A DNA stretch of 64,000 nucleotides from NCBI GenBank assembly GCA_002104945.1, contig MCFH01000001.1:1860001-1924000 (forward strand). The letters run 5' to 3'. Numbering within the stretch: the first letter of the stretch is position 1; each line of letters starts with the position of its first letter. This stretch comes from Piromyces finnis finn. Its lineage: Eukaryota > Fungi > Neocallimastigomycota. A program made the translations under genes and the position numbers. Under the pieces are notes generated by a model. That model saw nothing but the letters and a program-made list of their open reading frames with translations. It was not told the origin of the DNA and did no database searches. Positions 41,351 to 53,800 of the stretch are shown piece by piece.

Positions 41351-44300
41351 TTATGTACTTGCTTCTTCATCCGAATCATCTGGTAATATATCACATAGCA
41401 TTAATATACTACTTGGTTTTAGTTTATCATGCCTTGAAGCATTGGTATTAATATTTAATGAAGTAGATTTCGTTTTATGAGTTGAATACTCCTTCATATA
41501 ATTATTTGTTAAAGAACGAGTTCTTGGAATCCGGTCAATACTAGGATAATTTTTATTACGTGAAACATCTGGATTACTATTAAAAGAAGAAGAACGTTCT
41601 AATAATTTCCTACTATCAATAAATTCTGGTCGACTATCTCTTCTAACTGGTGGCTGTAAGTCTATATTATTACTTGATTTAGATTGTGTAAAAGATTTAT
41701 TTATATCATAGGAATCAAGAAGTTGATTATATTCGTCTTCAAGATTCATATACTTTTCGAAAATCTTTTGATTTTCATTTTCTAATATATAATTTTTTTC
41801 TTCCAATTGTTTAGTTTTAAGTTTAGCATGTTCTAATTCTATAATTATATCTTCCATATCCATATCATTTAAAACTTTAACCTCTTCTAATTCTTCTCTT
41901 AAATCTTTAATTTCTAATTTCATTCTTTCAATTTCTATTTCTTTTTCATTTTCTTTTTTATCATCATTATCTTTTTCATTTTTTTGTTCAGATTGATCTT
42001 GATCACTTAAATGTTTTTCTTTGGAATTCTTTACCATCTCTGAAGATTCCATATTAATCATAAGATCTAAATCATCTTCTACTACAGAACCTACACTTTC
42101 TTGTTCATCAACCTTACAATTATTCTCATTAGCATTATTGGAAGAAACTTGAAGTTGAACTTGCCTCAAACTTTCTTTTAATTCTTCTATTTCCTTCTTA
42201 TATTTTTGAGACTGCAATTTTTCATGTTCAAGTTCATCCTTTAATTCATCTTTTTCCTTTAATAAAAGTTTATAAATTGGATCTTCATCACTATTTTTTC
42301 CCGCATATTCTTGCTTATTTTGTTCTTTAATATCTTCAATATAATCATTTAATTTTTCATTCTTTTCTTTTAACCTTAATACTTCTTCATCATAGTCTTC
42401 TTTTAGTTCTTTGAGATCCTTTTCAAGAGCAGTAATATTCTGAAGAAGTACGCTTTTTTCTTCTTCGAATTCACTTTTCAATTTATCAATTTCCTCTATA
42501 TTTTCACTTCGTAATTGTAATATAATATTATTTGATTCTTTTTCTTTTTCCTGTTTCTCTTCTTCAATATGCTTAATTTCATCTTCTGATTTTTGTAACT
42601 TTTCCTTATATTCAATTTTAAGTTTACTCATTTCTTGTTCAAATTCTTCAATTCTTTTTTCGTATTTCTCCTTTAAATGTGTCATTTCTTGATTGGCATT
42701 ACAAACTCCTGAATGTTCATTTTCCTTCATATCTTCTAATGAACGATTTAAGAGTTGATTTTTCTCTTTTAATACAGATATCTTTTCTTCATAGCCATCC
42801 AACAAATTTTGAGATTCTTCTTTTAATTTCTTTATATCATCAAGATAAGATTGCTTTCTTTTTTCAAATTCTTCTTTCAACTTATTTATTTCTTCAATAT
42901 TTTCACTTCTCAAATTAAAAAGCATTTCATTAGTTTCTTTTTGTTGCTTGTTACTATCTTCTGTCATTTTCGATATTATATCTTCAGATATTTTTAGTTT
43001 ATCTTGATATTCATTGCGTATACTTTCTATTAATTTATCAGAATCATTAATTTCCTTTTCATATGTTTCCTTCAATTTTAATAATTCATCATTAGATTCA
43101 GATAATTGTCTTTGATAATCTTTTATTACAGAATTATTTGAATCTTCAATTCTACTTTTTTCCTTTTTCAATTTATCCAATTGATCTACCAGTTCTTGTA
43201 TTTCATTCTTTAAATGTTCCTCTTTTTCATTATAATTTCTCTTTAAGTTTGAAATTTCAATAGCACGATCTTCTTCAAGTGAATGATTACTATTCTGAAT
43301 TTGTTCAAGACTTTGTTTATATTCTTCATTTCTTTTTATTATTTCATTTTCTTTATCTTTCATTTGTTTTTCAAAGTAATAAACCTTATCATTAGCATTT
43401 TCCAATTTATCTTGGAGTTCATTTATTTTTACTTCAAATTGCTCTATCATTTCCTTATTACAATCCATTGAGTTTTGCCAATCTTTTTTAGCACTTTGAA
43501 GATCATCTTGAGATTTATCAAGTTGATCTTTGAGACATTGATTCTCTTTTTGGACTTCTTCAAGTTTAATAAGTGCATTGGAATTTTCTTCAATTGTTTT
43601 ATTTAGGTCAGCAATCTCTTTGCGTAAGGTAATAGTTTCTTTAACCTCTTGATCATAGGCATTTTGTTTATCAAAAAAGCGATTTTCTAAATCATTATAA
43701 TCTTTTTGAATTTTAGTAATTTTTTTCTTAAGATCCTTTATTTCATTATTTAATTTTTTGGATTCATTTTGTGAAATAATAGCAGAAGTATCTAATAATT
43801 CTTGCTTTTCATTTAACTCTAATTCTTTTAAAGATATTAATTCTTTGAAATCTTCTAGTTTTATTTTAATTTGTTTAATATCCTCTTCATAAGTAAAACA
43901 TTCATCTTCCTTTTCAGAAATTTGTTGCTCTAAATGTATTTTGACATCATTTAAGCTTTTAATTTTTTCTTCAAATTCGTATTTTTCCTCATTTAAACTC
44001 AATACCTTTTCATCCAACTGATAAAGCTCTTCATTTAATTTATTGACTTGAGTGTCCAATTGTTCTTCCAACTTTTTCATCTCCTCTCTCAAATTATTAT
44101 TTTCTTCTTGAAGTTTTTTAGATTCTTCTTCAAAATTTTCCTTCTCAACCTTTGTAATTTCTAATTCTAACTTTAATTCACTACACTCCTCCTGAAGGCG
44201 TTCTAATTCTGTTACACAACTTATGACATTTAGTTTACAATCTTCATTTTCTTTTTCTAATTGATCTAGTTTATCAGTAAGTTCACTTAATAATTGATAA

Positions 44301-46993
44301 TATTCTTGTGATTGTTTTGTTAAAAATTCAATTTCCTGCTTTAATCTTCCTTCAGATTGATCAGATTCATTAAGAGTCTTTTCCATATCTTCAACGAGAC
44401 CATTAAACTTTCTTATACTTTCCTCTTTAACAATATTACGTTCTTCTTTTAGTTTTTCGATAGTTATTTCTAAATTTTTTATGTGATCATCTGCTTGTTC
44501 TAAAGCCATTTCCTGTTGATTGAACTGATTGTTAAAATGAGCTTCAACTTTTTGATGATGATCATCCAATTCAAATAATTCATTTTCAAGTGATTTTATT
44601 TGAAGACTTAACTCTTGGCATTGTTGTTCATAATGTTTTGCTAAATTATTTGCTGCCTCTATTTCTTGTGCTGCCTCTTCCCTTTGTCTTTGATTATCTT
44701 GATCCATTTGATAAGATATTTGTTTCATTTCTTCAATGACATTTTCTAAATCTTCTCTCTCTAACAGTAATTGATTTTTATTCATAGTAAATTCTTGTTC
44801 CATAATTTCTTTTTCATTTCTAGATTCTTCTGTGAATATATCAAAATCTTCTTTCAATCTATTATATTCATCTGATACTATATTATATTGCTCAAAATAA
44901 TATTTAAATTTACTTTCTATTTCATCCAATTTTTTTGATTTTTCTTTTATATCTTCATGAAGTTGATTCATATTATCTTGATAATTTTGTTGAATATCAT
45001 CTTTTTTAGATCTAAAATTTTCAAACATATCTTCTAAAGAGTTTTTTTCATCTAATAATAAATTCATTTTATTTTCAGTAATATTTAATTTTTCTTGCAA
45101 TTCTTTAGATTCTTCTTTTGTTTTAATTAATTCGTGTGTTAATTCTGCAATAATTTTTTTAGATTCTTGATCATCTTCTTTATTCTCATTAGAATTTATT
45201 GAATTTTGTTGGGTAAAACGATCAATTAAAGTTTGAAATTTATCTAATGAATAACGCATTTCTTCAGATGTATTATTCATATAATCTTTTTCTTGTTCAT
45301 ATAAATCTTTTATTGATTCTTGATCAGTAAATTTTATACTTTTTTGTGAATTAAATGAATTTCTTCTTTCGTTTTTTAACTTTGTTGAACCTTTTAAATC
45401 GAAATAAAGAGATTTACTAGTCTTTAATGTTTTTGGAGAAACTATATCGGCTGACTTAGTTTTAGAAATACTAAATGAATTAGAATGAACCCTAGATTTC
45501 AAAGGCACATTTTTATTATTAAAATTATTATTATTATTATTATTATCTATCTGTTGATTAAAACCTAATAATGATTTTTGATTATTTGTTATATTGGATC
45601 TTGGTGATGTTGGGCTTAAAGGTGGATAATCTTTATTAATAATGGAATTTGATAAATTTCCCAAAGTTGGAGACTCTGCAATATTAAAAGAGCTATTTTT
45701 ATTTTGGGAAAGGGTATTAATATCAAAACTATTACGTTTTTGACTTGATTTCCGTGAAATAGGTGATACAGGTGTAGAATTAGAAAGATTAATAATAGCA
45801 TTTTTACTTGTATTAAAGTTTGATATTATTGAGGATCGCTTTTTATCTTGTGGAGAACCATTTATTGTGATTGATGAAATTGAATACTTTTCAGAAAGAA
45901 AATCTTCATCGAATCGGCCAACAGCCTCCTCACTTGTATTTGCTTCATAATTTTCATTAACTTTAATAGTATCATCCTCACAACTACTATCATTCCCAAT
46001 ATCTGTACTTAATTTCTCTTCATTAATTTTATTACTTATATTATCAGTATATTTCTTTTGAGAATTTGTTTCCTTAAATTCATTAAAAATTTCTTTTTTA
46101 TTATAGTTTATTGAATAATTATTATCTGAATTCTCTGATTCTACTTGAAAAGATTTTTTATTTATCTTTTTTGGACTTTGAACAGGAGAAAGAATACTAC
46201 TTTGAAAACTATTATCATTATTCGTAGGGGAATTACGATTAGAACTGTATAAACTACTTGAAGAATTTGGGCTTCTATGTGATAAAAGTTTCGATGAATT
46301 TTTTGTCTTGGTCATTTTTTGACCATTTAATGATAACGTAGAACTTGTAAGTTTCGAATTACTAGGTGTCTTTGGTGGTTTAGCATCTGTTGATCCTATT
46401 GATGTAGATGATTGGGAATAGGAACTATTCAATTTAGATAGTGAATCTGATCTATTGCCAATTTTACTTTTAAATGATGTTTTTAAATTATTTTCAAGTT
46501 TTGACTTTGCTTTAATATCTGTATTTATTTTTATATTATTTTTATTTCTTGTACTACTTTCTTTATTAGTATTAGACGCTTCAGAAGATGCATCATCCAA
46601 ATTAAAATCTCTATTAATCTTTTCAACAGCTGCTATTGGAATAAATAAACCAGTTGCAGGAGGACATTTAAAATATGTTACACCCATAACTGTACCATTA
46701 TTTTTTCCAGCACCACGTTTGTCTAATTCTACACCTACCCACACGCCTGTTTTAAATTTTGTTTCTCCAACATATCTTACTATTCCCTTTTGGTTTGTTG
46801 ATTTTATAAATACATAATCGTCAACATTTACTTCAAAACTATTTATATTCCTTTGAGAATTCTTTTTATTTGTCTCCATCTTTGGAGAATAAGATGAATT
46901 TATTTTCGTTGAATATTTCAAACCACCAATTTTTGGTGATGTTAATTTAAAACTATTTTTTGTTGCTACTCCGAATGTAGGTAATTTCGACAT
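41351..46993 (-). CDS. CAP-Gly domain, Ser-rich, long coiled-coil protein (CLIP-170/Bik1/Tip1-like), single 1880-aa ORF
   Basis: GIVRYVGETKFKTGVWVGVELDKRGAGKNNGTVMGVTYFKC..GLF, followed by an S/N-rich linker and more than 1100 aa of E/K/L heptad-rich sequence. Confidence 0.88.
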   Translation of the reverse strand: MSKLPTFGVATKNSFKLTSPKIGGLKYSTKINSSYSPKMETNKKNSQRNINSFEVNVDDYVFIKSTNQKGIVRYVGETKFKTGVWVGVELDKRGAGKNNGTVMGVTYFKCPPATGLFIPIAAVEKINRDFNLDDASSEASNTNKESSTRNKNNIKINTDIKAKSKLENNLKTSFKSKIGNRSDSLSKLNSSYSQSSTSIGSTDAKPPKTPSNSKLTSSTLSLNGQKMTKTKNSSKLLSHRSPNSSSSLYSSNRNSPTNNDNSFQSSILSPVQSPKKINKKSFQVESENSDNNYSINYNKKEIFNEFKETNSQKKYTDNISNKINEEKLSTDIGNDSSCEDDTIKVNENYEANTSEEAVGRFDEDFLSEKYSISSITINGSPQDKKRSSIISNFNTSKNAIINLSNSTPVSPISRKSSQKRNSFDINTLSQNKNSSFNIAESPTLGNLSNSIINKDYPPLSPTSPRSNITNNQKSLLGFNQQIDNNNNNNNFNNKNVPLKSRVHSNSFSISKTKSADIVSPKTLKTSKSLYFDLKGSTKLKNERRNSFNSQKSIKFTDQESIKDLYEQEKDYMNNTSEEMRYSLDKFQTLIDRFTQQNSINSNENKEDDQESKKIIAELTHELIKTKEESKELQEKLNITENKMNLLLDEKNSLEDMFENFRSKKDDIQQNYQDNMNQLHEDIKEKSKKLDEIESKFKYYFEQYNIVSDEYNRLKEDFDIFTEESRNEKEIMEQEFTMNKNQLLLEREDLENVIEEMKQISYQMDQDNQRQREEAAQEIEAANNLAKHYEQQCQELSLQIKSLENELFELDDHHQKVEAHFNNQFNQQEMALEQADDHIKNLEITIEKLKEERNIVKEESIRKFNGLVEDMEKTLNESDQSEGRLKQEIEFLTKQSQEYYQLLSELTDKLDQLEKENEDCKLNVISCVTELERLQEECSELKLELEITKVEKENFEEESKKLQEENNNLREEMKKLEEQLDTQVNKLNEELYQLDEKVLSLNEEKYEFEEKIKSLNDVKIHLEQQISEKEDECFTYEEDIKQIKIKLEDFKELISLKELELNEKQELLDTSAIISQNESKKLNNEIKDLKKKITKIQKDYNDLENRFFDKQNAYDQEVKETITLRKEIADLNKTIEENSNALIKLEEVQKENQCLKDQLDKSQDDLQSAKKDWQNSMDCNKEMIEQFEVKINELQDKLENANDKVYYFEKQMKDKENEIIKRNEEYKQSLEQIQNSNHSLEEDRAIEISNLKRNYNEKEEHLKNEIQELVDQLDKLKKEKSRIEDSNNSVIKDYQRQLSESNDELLKLKETYEKEINDSDKLIESIRNEYQDKLKISEDIISKMTEDSNKQQKETNEMLFNLRSENIEEINKLKEEFEKRKQSYLDDIKKLKEESQNLLDGYEEKISVLKEKNQLLNRSLEDMKENEHSGVCNANQEMTHLKEKYEKRIEEFEQEMSKLKIEYKEKLQKSEDEIKHIEEEKQEKEKESNNIILQLRSENIEEIDKLKSEFEEEKSVLLQNITALEKDLKELKEDYDEEVLRLKEKNEKLNDYIEDIKEQNKQEYAGKNSDEDPIYKLLLKEKDELKDELEHEKLQSQKYKKEIEELKESLRQVQLQVSSNNANENNCKVDEQESVGSVVEDDLDLMINMESSEMVKNSKEKHLSDQDQSEQKNEKDNDDKKENEKEIEIERMKLEIKDLREELEEVKVLNDMDMEDIIIELEHAKLKTKQLEEKNYILENENQKIFEKYMNLEDEYNQLLDSYDINKSFTQSKSSNNIDLQPPVRRDSRPEFIDSRKLLERSSSFNSNPDVSRNKNYPSIDRIPRTRSLTNNYMKEYSTHKTKSTSLNINTNASRHDKLKPSSILMLCDILPDDSDEEAST

Positions 46994-49032
46994 GGTATCA
47001 ATATATGTTATACTTTTAAAGATAAATAAAATAAATATTATAAATTATATATATTTGGAATTTTATATGAAAATATAATATAATTAAAATTTTTATAAAT
47101 TATAAATAGAATCAATGATAATTTCTTTATATTTATTTTATTTGATATAAATATTATTAAAGAAGAAATTTCTATATTCAATAATAAATATGTTAAAATT
47201 ATGATTATTATTAAATAAATTATATTTTAAAATATAATACCTTTTTATATGTTTTAGTAATTGTTTGTTCTTTTATTTAATTATTTTATTTATTTTTTAA
47301 AATTATTATTTTATAATAATTAACAATATTTATAATATTTTTACTTTCATTGTTAAATTAGGTTTTGTTAATTAGAATGGTAATAGATTTTTATAAATTT
47401 TGTTTTATACGAGAATTATAATAATAAAATTAAATAATCTCGAAATTAGTTTTTATTTTATTTATTTTATATATATATATATTATATAACTTTTATTTTA
47501 TTTTAACAATATATTAAAAAAATGATATATAAAAAATACTAAAATGTATATTATTGTTTTAAATGTTATCCCCACCCAACCAAGTTATCTTCATATAAAA
47601 AAATGAATTAAAAAAAATAACTGGTATTGTTTATATATTCTTCAAAGCTCTGTGAGTTTATTGATCTATATATTCTTTATTAATTAATAATATAACATAT
47701 ATACAAATTACACAATTGGATTAAAATATTATTTTTTGATGCATTATAAAGTATTTGACCCTTCTCTTTTATACGATATTTAATAAAAAAAATATTATTT
47801 TATTATTATTCATTTATAATCTTTTAAATAAAAATAATTATTTTATTTTAAAGAAAATAAAATAAATAAGAGAAAAAAGGGTTTGATTAAAAATTATAAC
47901 TTTTTTTTAAAATAAAAAAAAAAAAGAAAAGAATTAAAATTATTTTAAAATACATATATTGAAAACTGGAAGAGTTTAGTATTTTTTTTAATATTTAATA
48001 TTCTTATTAAAACAAAAATTTTAATAGAAAAAAGGAGAATTTTAATATAAATTATAGTTTATTAATAAATTAATATATATTAATATTTGAATATATTAAT
48101 AATATAAGAAGAATTAAAAAAATATATAAATTTCAATTTATTATTCTTTCAATAAATTAATGATATTTAATTAAAAAGAAAATTGAAAATAACTTTATTT
48201 ATTATGAAAAACATAAATAATAAATCAAATTAATAAAATGCTTAAATTATTTAAACAATTCAATACATTATAATAATTATAATATATTGGAATATTTTTA
48301 TTTATTTTAAGTATAATATTTGTTTTATATTGTTAATTTTAGCCAAAGATTTTTGATTTATATATGGATATTTTAAAAACTCAATATAAAAAATAAATAT
48401 TATTAAATATAATTAAATATATTAAATATTTTATACCACATCAAAAAAGAGAATGATGGATGAGCTTCATTTAAATCCATTTCATTTCACATAATAAAAT
48501 AAGCTCTGATCCTGAGTAACAAGATATTTTAAAAATCATTAATAACAATTACATATAAAAGTAAAAAAAAGTTTCAATTCAATTTCATACTTATATGAAG
48601 AAAGTATATATTTATACTAAATAAAATCAAAAAAATTAGTCACTAAAATTATAAAGGAACAATATGTCATCAAAAAAAAAAAGGAGGATAATTAATTTAT
48701 TATATATATTATTACTCAATAATTATAAAGTGGAAAAAAAAAACATTTATTTAATTAATCAATATTAGCAATAACTTAATATTTAAAATAAACAATTTTT
48801 ATAATTTATTATTTTTTATATTATTTAAATAGTTATTTAAACAATATATACAATTTTTCTATTAATAAGCAATCCTTTTTAATATGCGGATTATACAATT
48901 ATAATTTTATTAATAGTAATATCACACTGAAGAGAAAAAAAACTAATATATATTATAATATAAAAAAGGCATTAGTTTTTTTTTATATATAGTATATATA
49001 ATTTTAAAAAAAAAATGAATACAAAAAAAAAA

Positions 49033-49066
49033 AAACCACAGCCAAGGGAACGAGCTTGGCATAATC

Positions 49067-49103
<37 letters not shown>

Positions 49104-49150
49104 TTGACATTGTGAAAGAACTTAGAGGGAGCTTCGGCGATCTTGAAATA
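49033..49150 (+). pseudogene. Orphan fragment of LSU (25S/28S) rRNA, start of domain V, with a small internal deletion
   Basis: aaaccacagccaagggaacgagcttggcataatcagcggggaaagaagaccctgttgagcttgactctagtttgacattgtga matches the conserved eukaryotic 28S segment; it continues as gagcttcggcga..gaaata after an apparent deletion. Confidence 0.92.
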
Positions 49151-50882
49151 ATTTTTTTTATTATGATTTGTTATTTTAAAGATTAAGTATTTCATATTTT
49201 GAATTTTCCAAAAATATATATATTTACATATAAATTTTCTATTTTTATTTGAGTCATAAAATTTTATTTAATATATATTTTTAATTTGTGTAATGTATGT
49301 TAATGAATATTGAGAACTTTATCCATATTTATTTTATATATTTTTAAATACTTAAATATATTAAAAAAACATCCTTAAATATATGGTATATAAAAGATTT
49401 TATTTCTAGTTTTTTCAAAGATTTATAATCAACATAATTATATATTATTATTAAAATTTATATAATTTTTGTTATTAATTTAATGAGGATTTTATTGAAT
49501 ATTTAACCACATTATTTTTATATTTTGTTTAATTAAATATTTTATATCTACATTTTATAATTTAAGTATTCATATAAAAAAAATAGTAATAAAAAAATAC
49601 ATATCTTTAACCATAATTTTGGAAACTATTCATTTGCAAATTGTGTAACATATTCAAATTTAATTGGCTTTATTATTAATTAAAGTTATAATGAAGAAAA
49701 AATAAATTAATTTATAAAATACAGAATTTTTTCACAAAATAATTAATTTTAAAATTTTAACATAATAATTATTTTGTCGTTTTATTCATTTAACAACAAA
49801 ATATGAAAAACGCTTATTTAATTAATGTATTATGCTAATTGTAATAATATTTAGTTGGCTATAGCTTTTAATAGAAACATATTTAATAATAAAAAATTGG
49901 CATTATTCCTATATTTAAATACATTTAATTCATTACTTTGGTAATATAAACTACAATTATTAATAATTAGTAAATGAGTTTTGATTTATGATCTTGGTTG
50001 AAATTTTTGATATCTTAATAAATATTTTATTAAAAAATATTTTTTATGCATAAAACTTTAATTTATTATTGATGTTTATATAGTTATGTTCATTTATTAA
50101 TTCAAAATTTACATTCAATATTTATAATATTATTATATATTTACACTATTAAAGATTGTTAATACATAATACGTTAATATACCATATATATATTGAAATA
50201 ACATTTAAAAAAGCTATTATATAATTTATTTCTAGCATACAGAACTATAGTATAATCCATTGATGTAATTTATAATTGAAATATTTTACTAATATAAAAA
50301 AAAAACATGGTTTAATTTGATAAATTGTTATTCTCAAAGCTACTAAATTTATCTAAAAAAAAAAAATATAAAAATAATGAATTATTAATATAAAGTAATC
50401 ACATGATTTACATTTTATTATTATTAAGATTCCATTAATGGTTAAATAAAATTATTATATATTGTATCATGTGACCTCTCTATATTATTTTTATTTTTTT
50501 TATTTTTTTTACTTCAATTTTTACCATTTAATTTTATTTTTTATATCAAATTGAAAAGTTATAATTAAGAAGTTGTTTGAAGTGAAAGCGAGCGAATATT
50601 AATTAATTATAATAATAAAAATATAATAAAAATAATAAAAAAAAAAAGAAGGAATTTATTTATATTAATAATAAAATAGATGAATTGTTCAAGTGTTGAA
50701 TTGAATTGCACAGTTTTCTCACAGATAAACAGAACAGGGCGGGTTTAAAACAAAAAAAGAAAAAGAAAAATAGAAACATTAGTGTACAATAAAATTAAAC
50801 AACTTTCATTATTTATATTAATAAAGAAATTAATATTTAAAGTCATTAAAATAAATAAAAATATAATAAATAAAAAGTTATA

Positions 50883-53800
50883 ATGTCAGAAAAGGAATCA
50901 AACAGTGACTCATTGAAAAATGGTGAACCTGTGCCGATAAGTGTACCAGGTGGATCACCTCGACGGTATACTTCAATTATAAAAAATCCAATCCATAAAA
51001 CTAATATCAACGAAAAGAAAAAAAGAAAATACAATAATGAATTTTCTCCCATAAATACATTAAATGGTTAGTAAATTTGAATTGAATATTATATATTATT
51101 TATGAAAATTTTAAGAAATCTAAATTATCTAATTGGAAATCCAATTAAATATCATATAAATATATACAATATAAAATGTTATTTTGTAAAAATATCATGG
51201 TATTTTATTTTGTTTTTCTAATATTAATGTTTATCATTGCTATCTTTTAAAACACTAATAAAACAAAGCAAATAAGTATAGATGATATAGATGATACATC
51301 TATACTTAGTTTTTATTTTATTTTTTTTTTTCTTTCCTTCCTTTTTTTGTTTGTTCGTTTGGTTTAGTTTGATTGTTTTTATTTATTTTTATTTATTATT
51401 TATTTATATTTTTCTTGTTTAAATGTTATTCTTTCATTATAATTCTTTTTTCCTTTTCTTTAATCTAAATTTTTATTTTTATTATTTTTAAAAAAATAAT
51501 AATAATAATAATTATATTTAAAATTTATGTTATATATACTTAATATAGATACTTCAAGTAAACATCCAAGGTTAATTAATTCCTTCATTTATAATAAAAA
51601 AGATCAAAGTAAGATGATATCAAGCAATTTGGGTTCAATAAAATTTGATAATGGTGGCGGTTATAAAAGAATGAATAATGATAATGATAATTCAAAAATT
51701 ATTTTTAAAAGAAGAAAAGGAAATGAAGATTTAACTAAGCAAAAGAGTGTTTACGATAATGATAATAAGGAAACTCAAAATACTTCAAATATTAACAGAA
51801 ATAATAATATTTCTTTATCTAGAAATGGTAAATATAATAGAATAATAATATTTAATAAAAACTTAATTACCAAATTATTATAACATTAAAATTGTAATAT
51901 TATATAATTATTTACTATTATGGATTATATAATTGACAGAATTATATTTTGAAAAAATTATGAAAGAAGTAAGTTTATCATAAAAATATTTATATATAAT
52001 TATATAATCATACTCGTTAATAATAATCAATCTTTGTAAAATCTTTAAATCTAAATCTAAATAAAAGGGATCTAAGCCAAAAGTATCATATATCAGTAAA
52101 AGTACATATTTAATACTAAATAGTAAAAATAAAGCTTCTATAGAATATTAATTTTATTAATTAATATTTAAATTATTTTTATTAATATAATAGCTTTTCC
52201 ATCAGAAAAGAGAGAAGATTTAAAAAACATATTAAGAGTAACACATTCTTTCATTAATGATAAAATATATTATACAAATAATCATATTGCTTTAAATTTC
52301 TTAAAGAAAGAGTTTATATTTAATATTGGAAATGATAAAAATATTATATTTGATTTTAAATACTTAACAAGATTTGAAGTAAGATTAAATACATATATGA
52401 ATTTAAATTATTATTGTATAATTTATATTTATTAATATATTAATAAAAATTATAGTATTTTATTAAATTTAGTCCAGGATTATTTGTATTCTACTTTGAA
52501 AATGACTGTAATTTTTTTTATTTCACACTTAAAAAAATAATAATAATAATAATAACACTATAATCTATAATAAAGGATTACTAATATATTATTATGTAGC
52601 TCGTCTATTATGCTTAAATTGTAATAATTTTAAAACAGGAGATTTACATAAAAATTTTAAAGATTTTTGTTCTTCTATGCAAAAAGCATGCAAAAATGTA
52701 TCAGAATTAAAGTAAATTTAATCTATTATTATTATTATTATTATATGCTTTTAAAAAAATAAACATTTAATAATTAATTATTTATATATAAGATATCAAA
52801 TGATAAATATATATTTCCGTTTTATAAAGCATTTGATGAATAAAATAACGATTCCGGACAAAGAAAAAAAAAGAATATTGCTGATAATGAGTAACGCAAT
52901 TGATGATGATTTATTAGAAAATACTGATGATGAAATATATAACAATAATAACAAAAATGAATTAGCAATTATCGATCATAATAATAAAAAAATTGCAAAA
53001 AATGAATATATTCAAAAGTATAAAAGATGTTATTATTTACTAGAAGTTATAAAAACTTTTAAATATAAGTAAAATTAATTTTTATGTTTTTAAAATATTG
53101 TTATGATAGAAAAGAAACTTTAGTTTCAAATAATCCAAGTGTCATTCTATTAAAAAATGAAAATCTTCAAAAGTAAGTATTTGTAATTTTACAAAATATT
53201 AAACTTAAAAATCACAATTAAATAATACATATTTAATAAGAAAATAATATTTTTATATTTATGAAAAGCATGGATTATAAGAACTAATTAAATAATATCA
53301 CTTATTAATACATAAATTTATAAAAAACTTTATATAAATTTTATTACATATTTATAATAAAGACAATTAATAAATCTTGTTAACAAACCCTTACTAAATG
53401 GAAGAAAGAATGAAGAGTATTTATTTATTTGTTACGTACTTATATTTTATAATAAATATATATTTATATTAAGTATATATATATATTAGGTTGTTTATAT
53501 ATCCATTTAAAGGAATTGATTCTGTAATTATTACCACTGAAGATGTTGAAAGATTAAAGTCGAATTTTTTTCTAAATGATAGTTTAATTGAATTTTATTT
53601 AAAGTAATTTATTCATTTTTATATCTATATCGTTATCCTATAATTTCAAAATATAACTAATATATATGTATATTGTGTATATTATATAGATATTTATATG
53701 ATCAATTATCTATTTCGTTCAAAAAAAAATTCCATTTAATTAATTCTTTTTTTTATGAGCAAATTTTAAGATTAAGGTAAATAAATTATACATATTTAAA

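Noticed and set aside
42679-46817. Short plus-strand ORFs inside the CAP-Gly gene, and similar minus-strand ORFs inside ULP2 (55409-56361)
   Set aside because: Antisense or alternative-frame shadows of long low-complexity coding exons.
48453-48515. atgatgg...ctga with a gagctt/aagctc stem
   Set aside because: Imperfect C box and no identifiable rRNA guide; could be chance in AT-rich DNA.
49004-49195. 63-aa minus-strand ORF
   Set aside because: Antisense reading of the 28S fragment.
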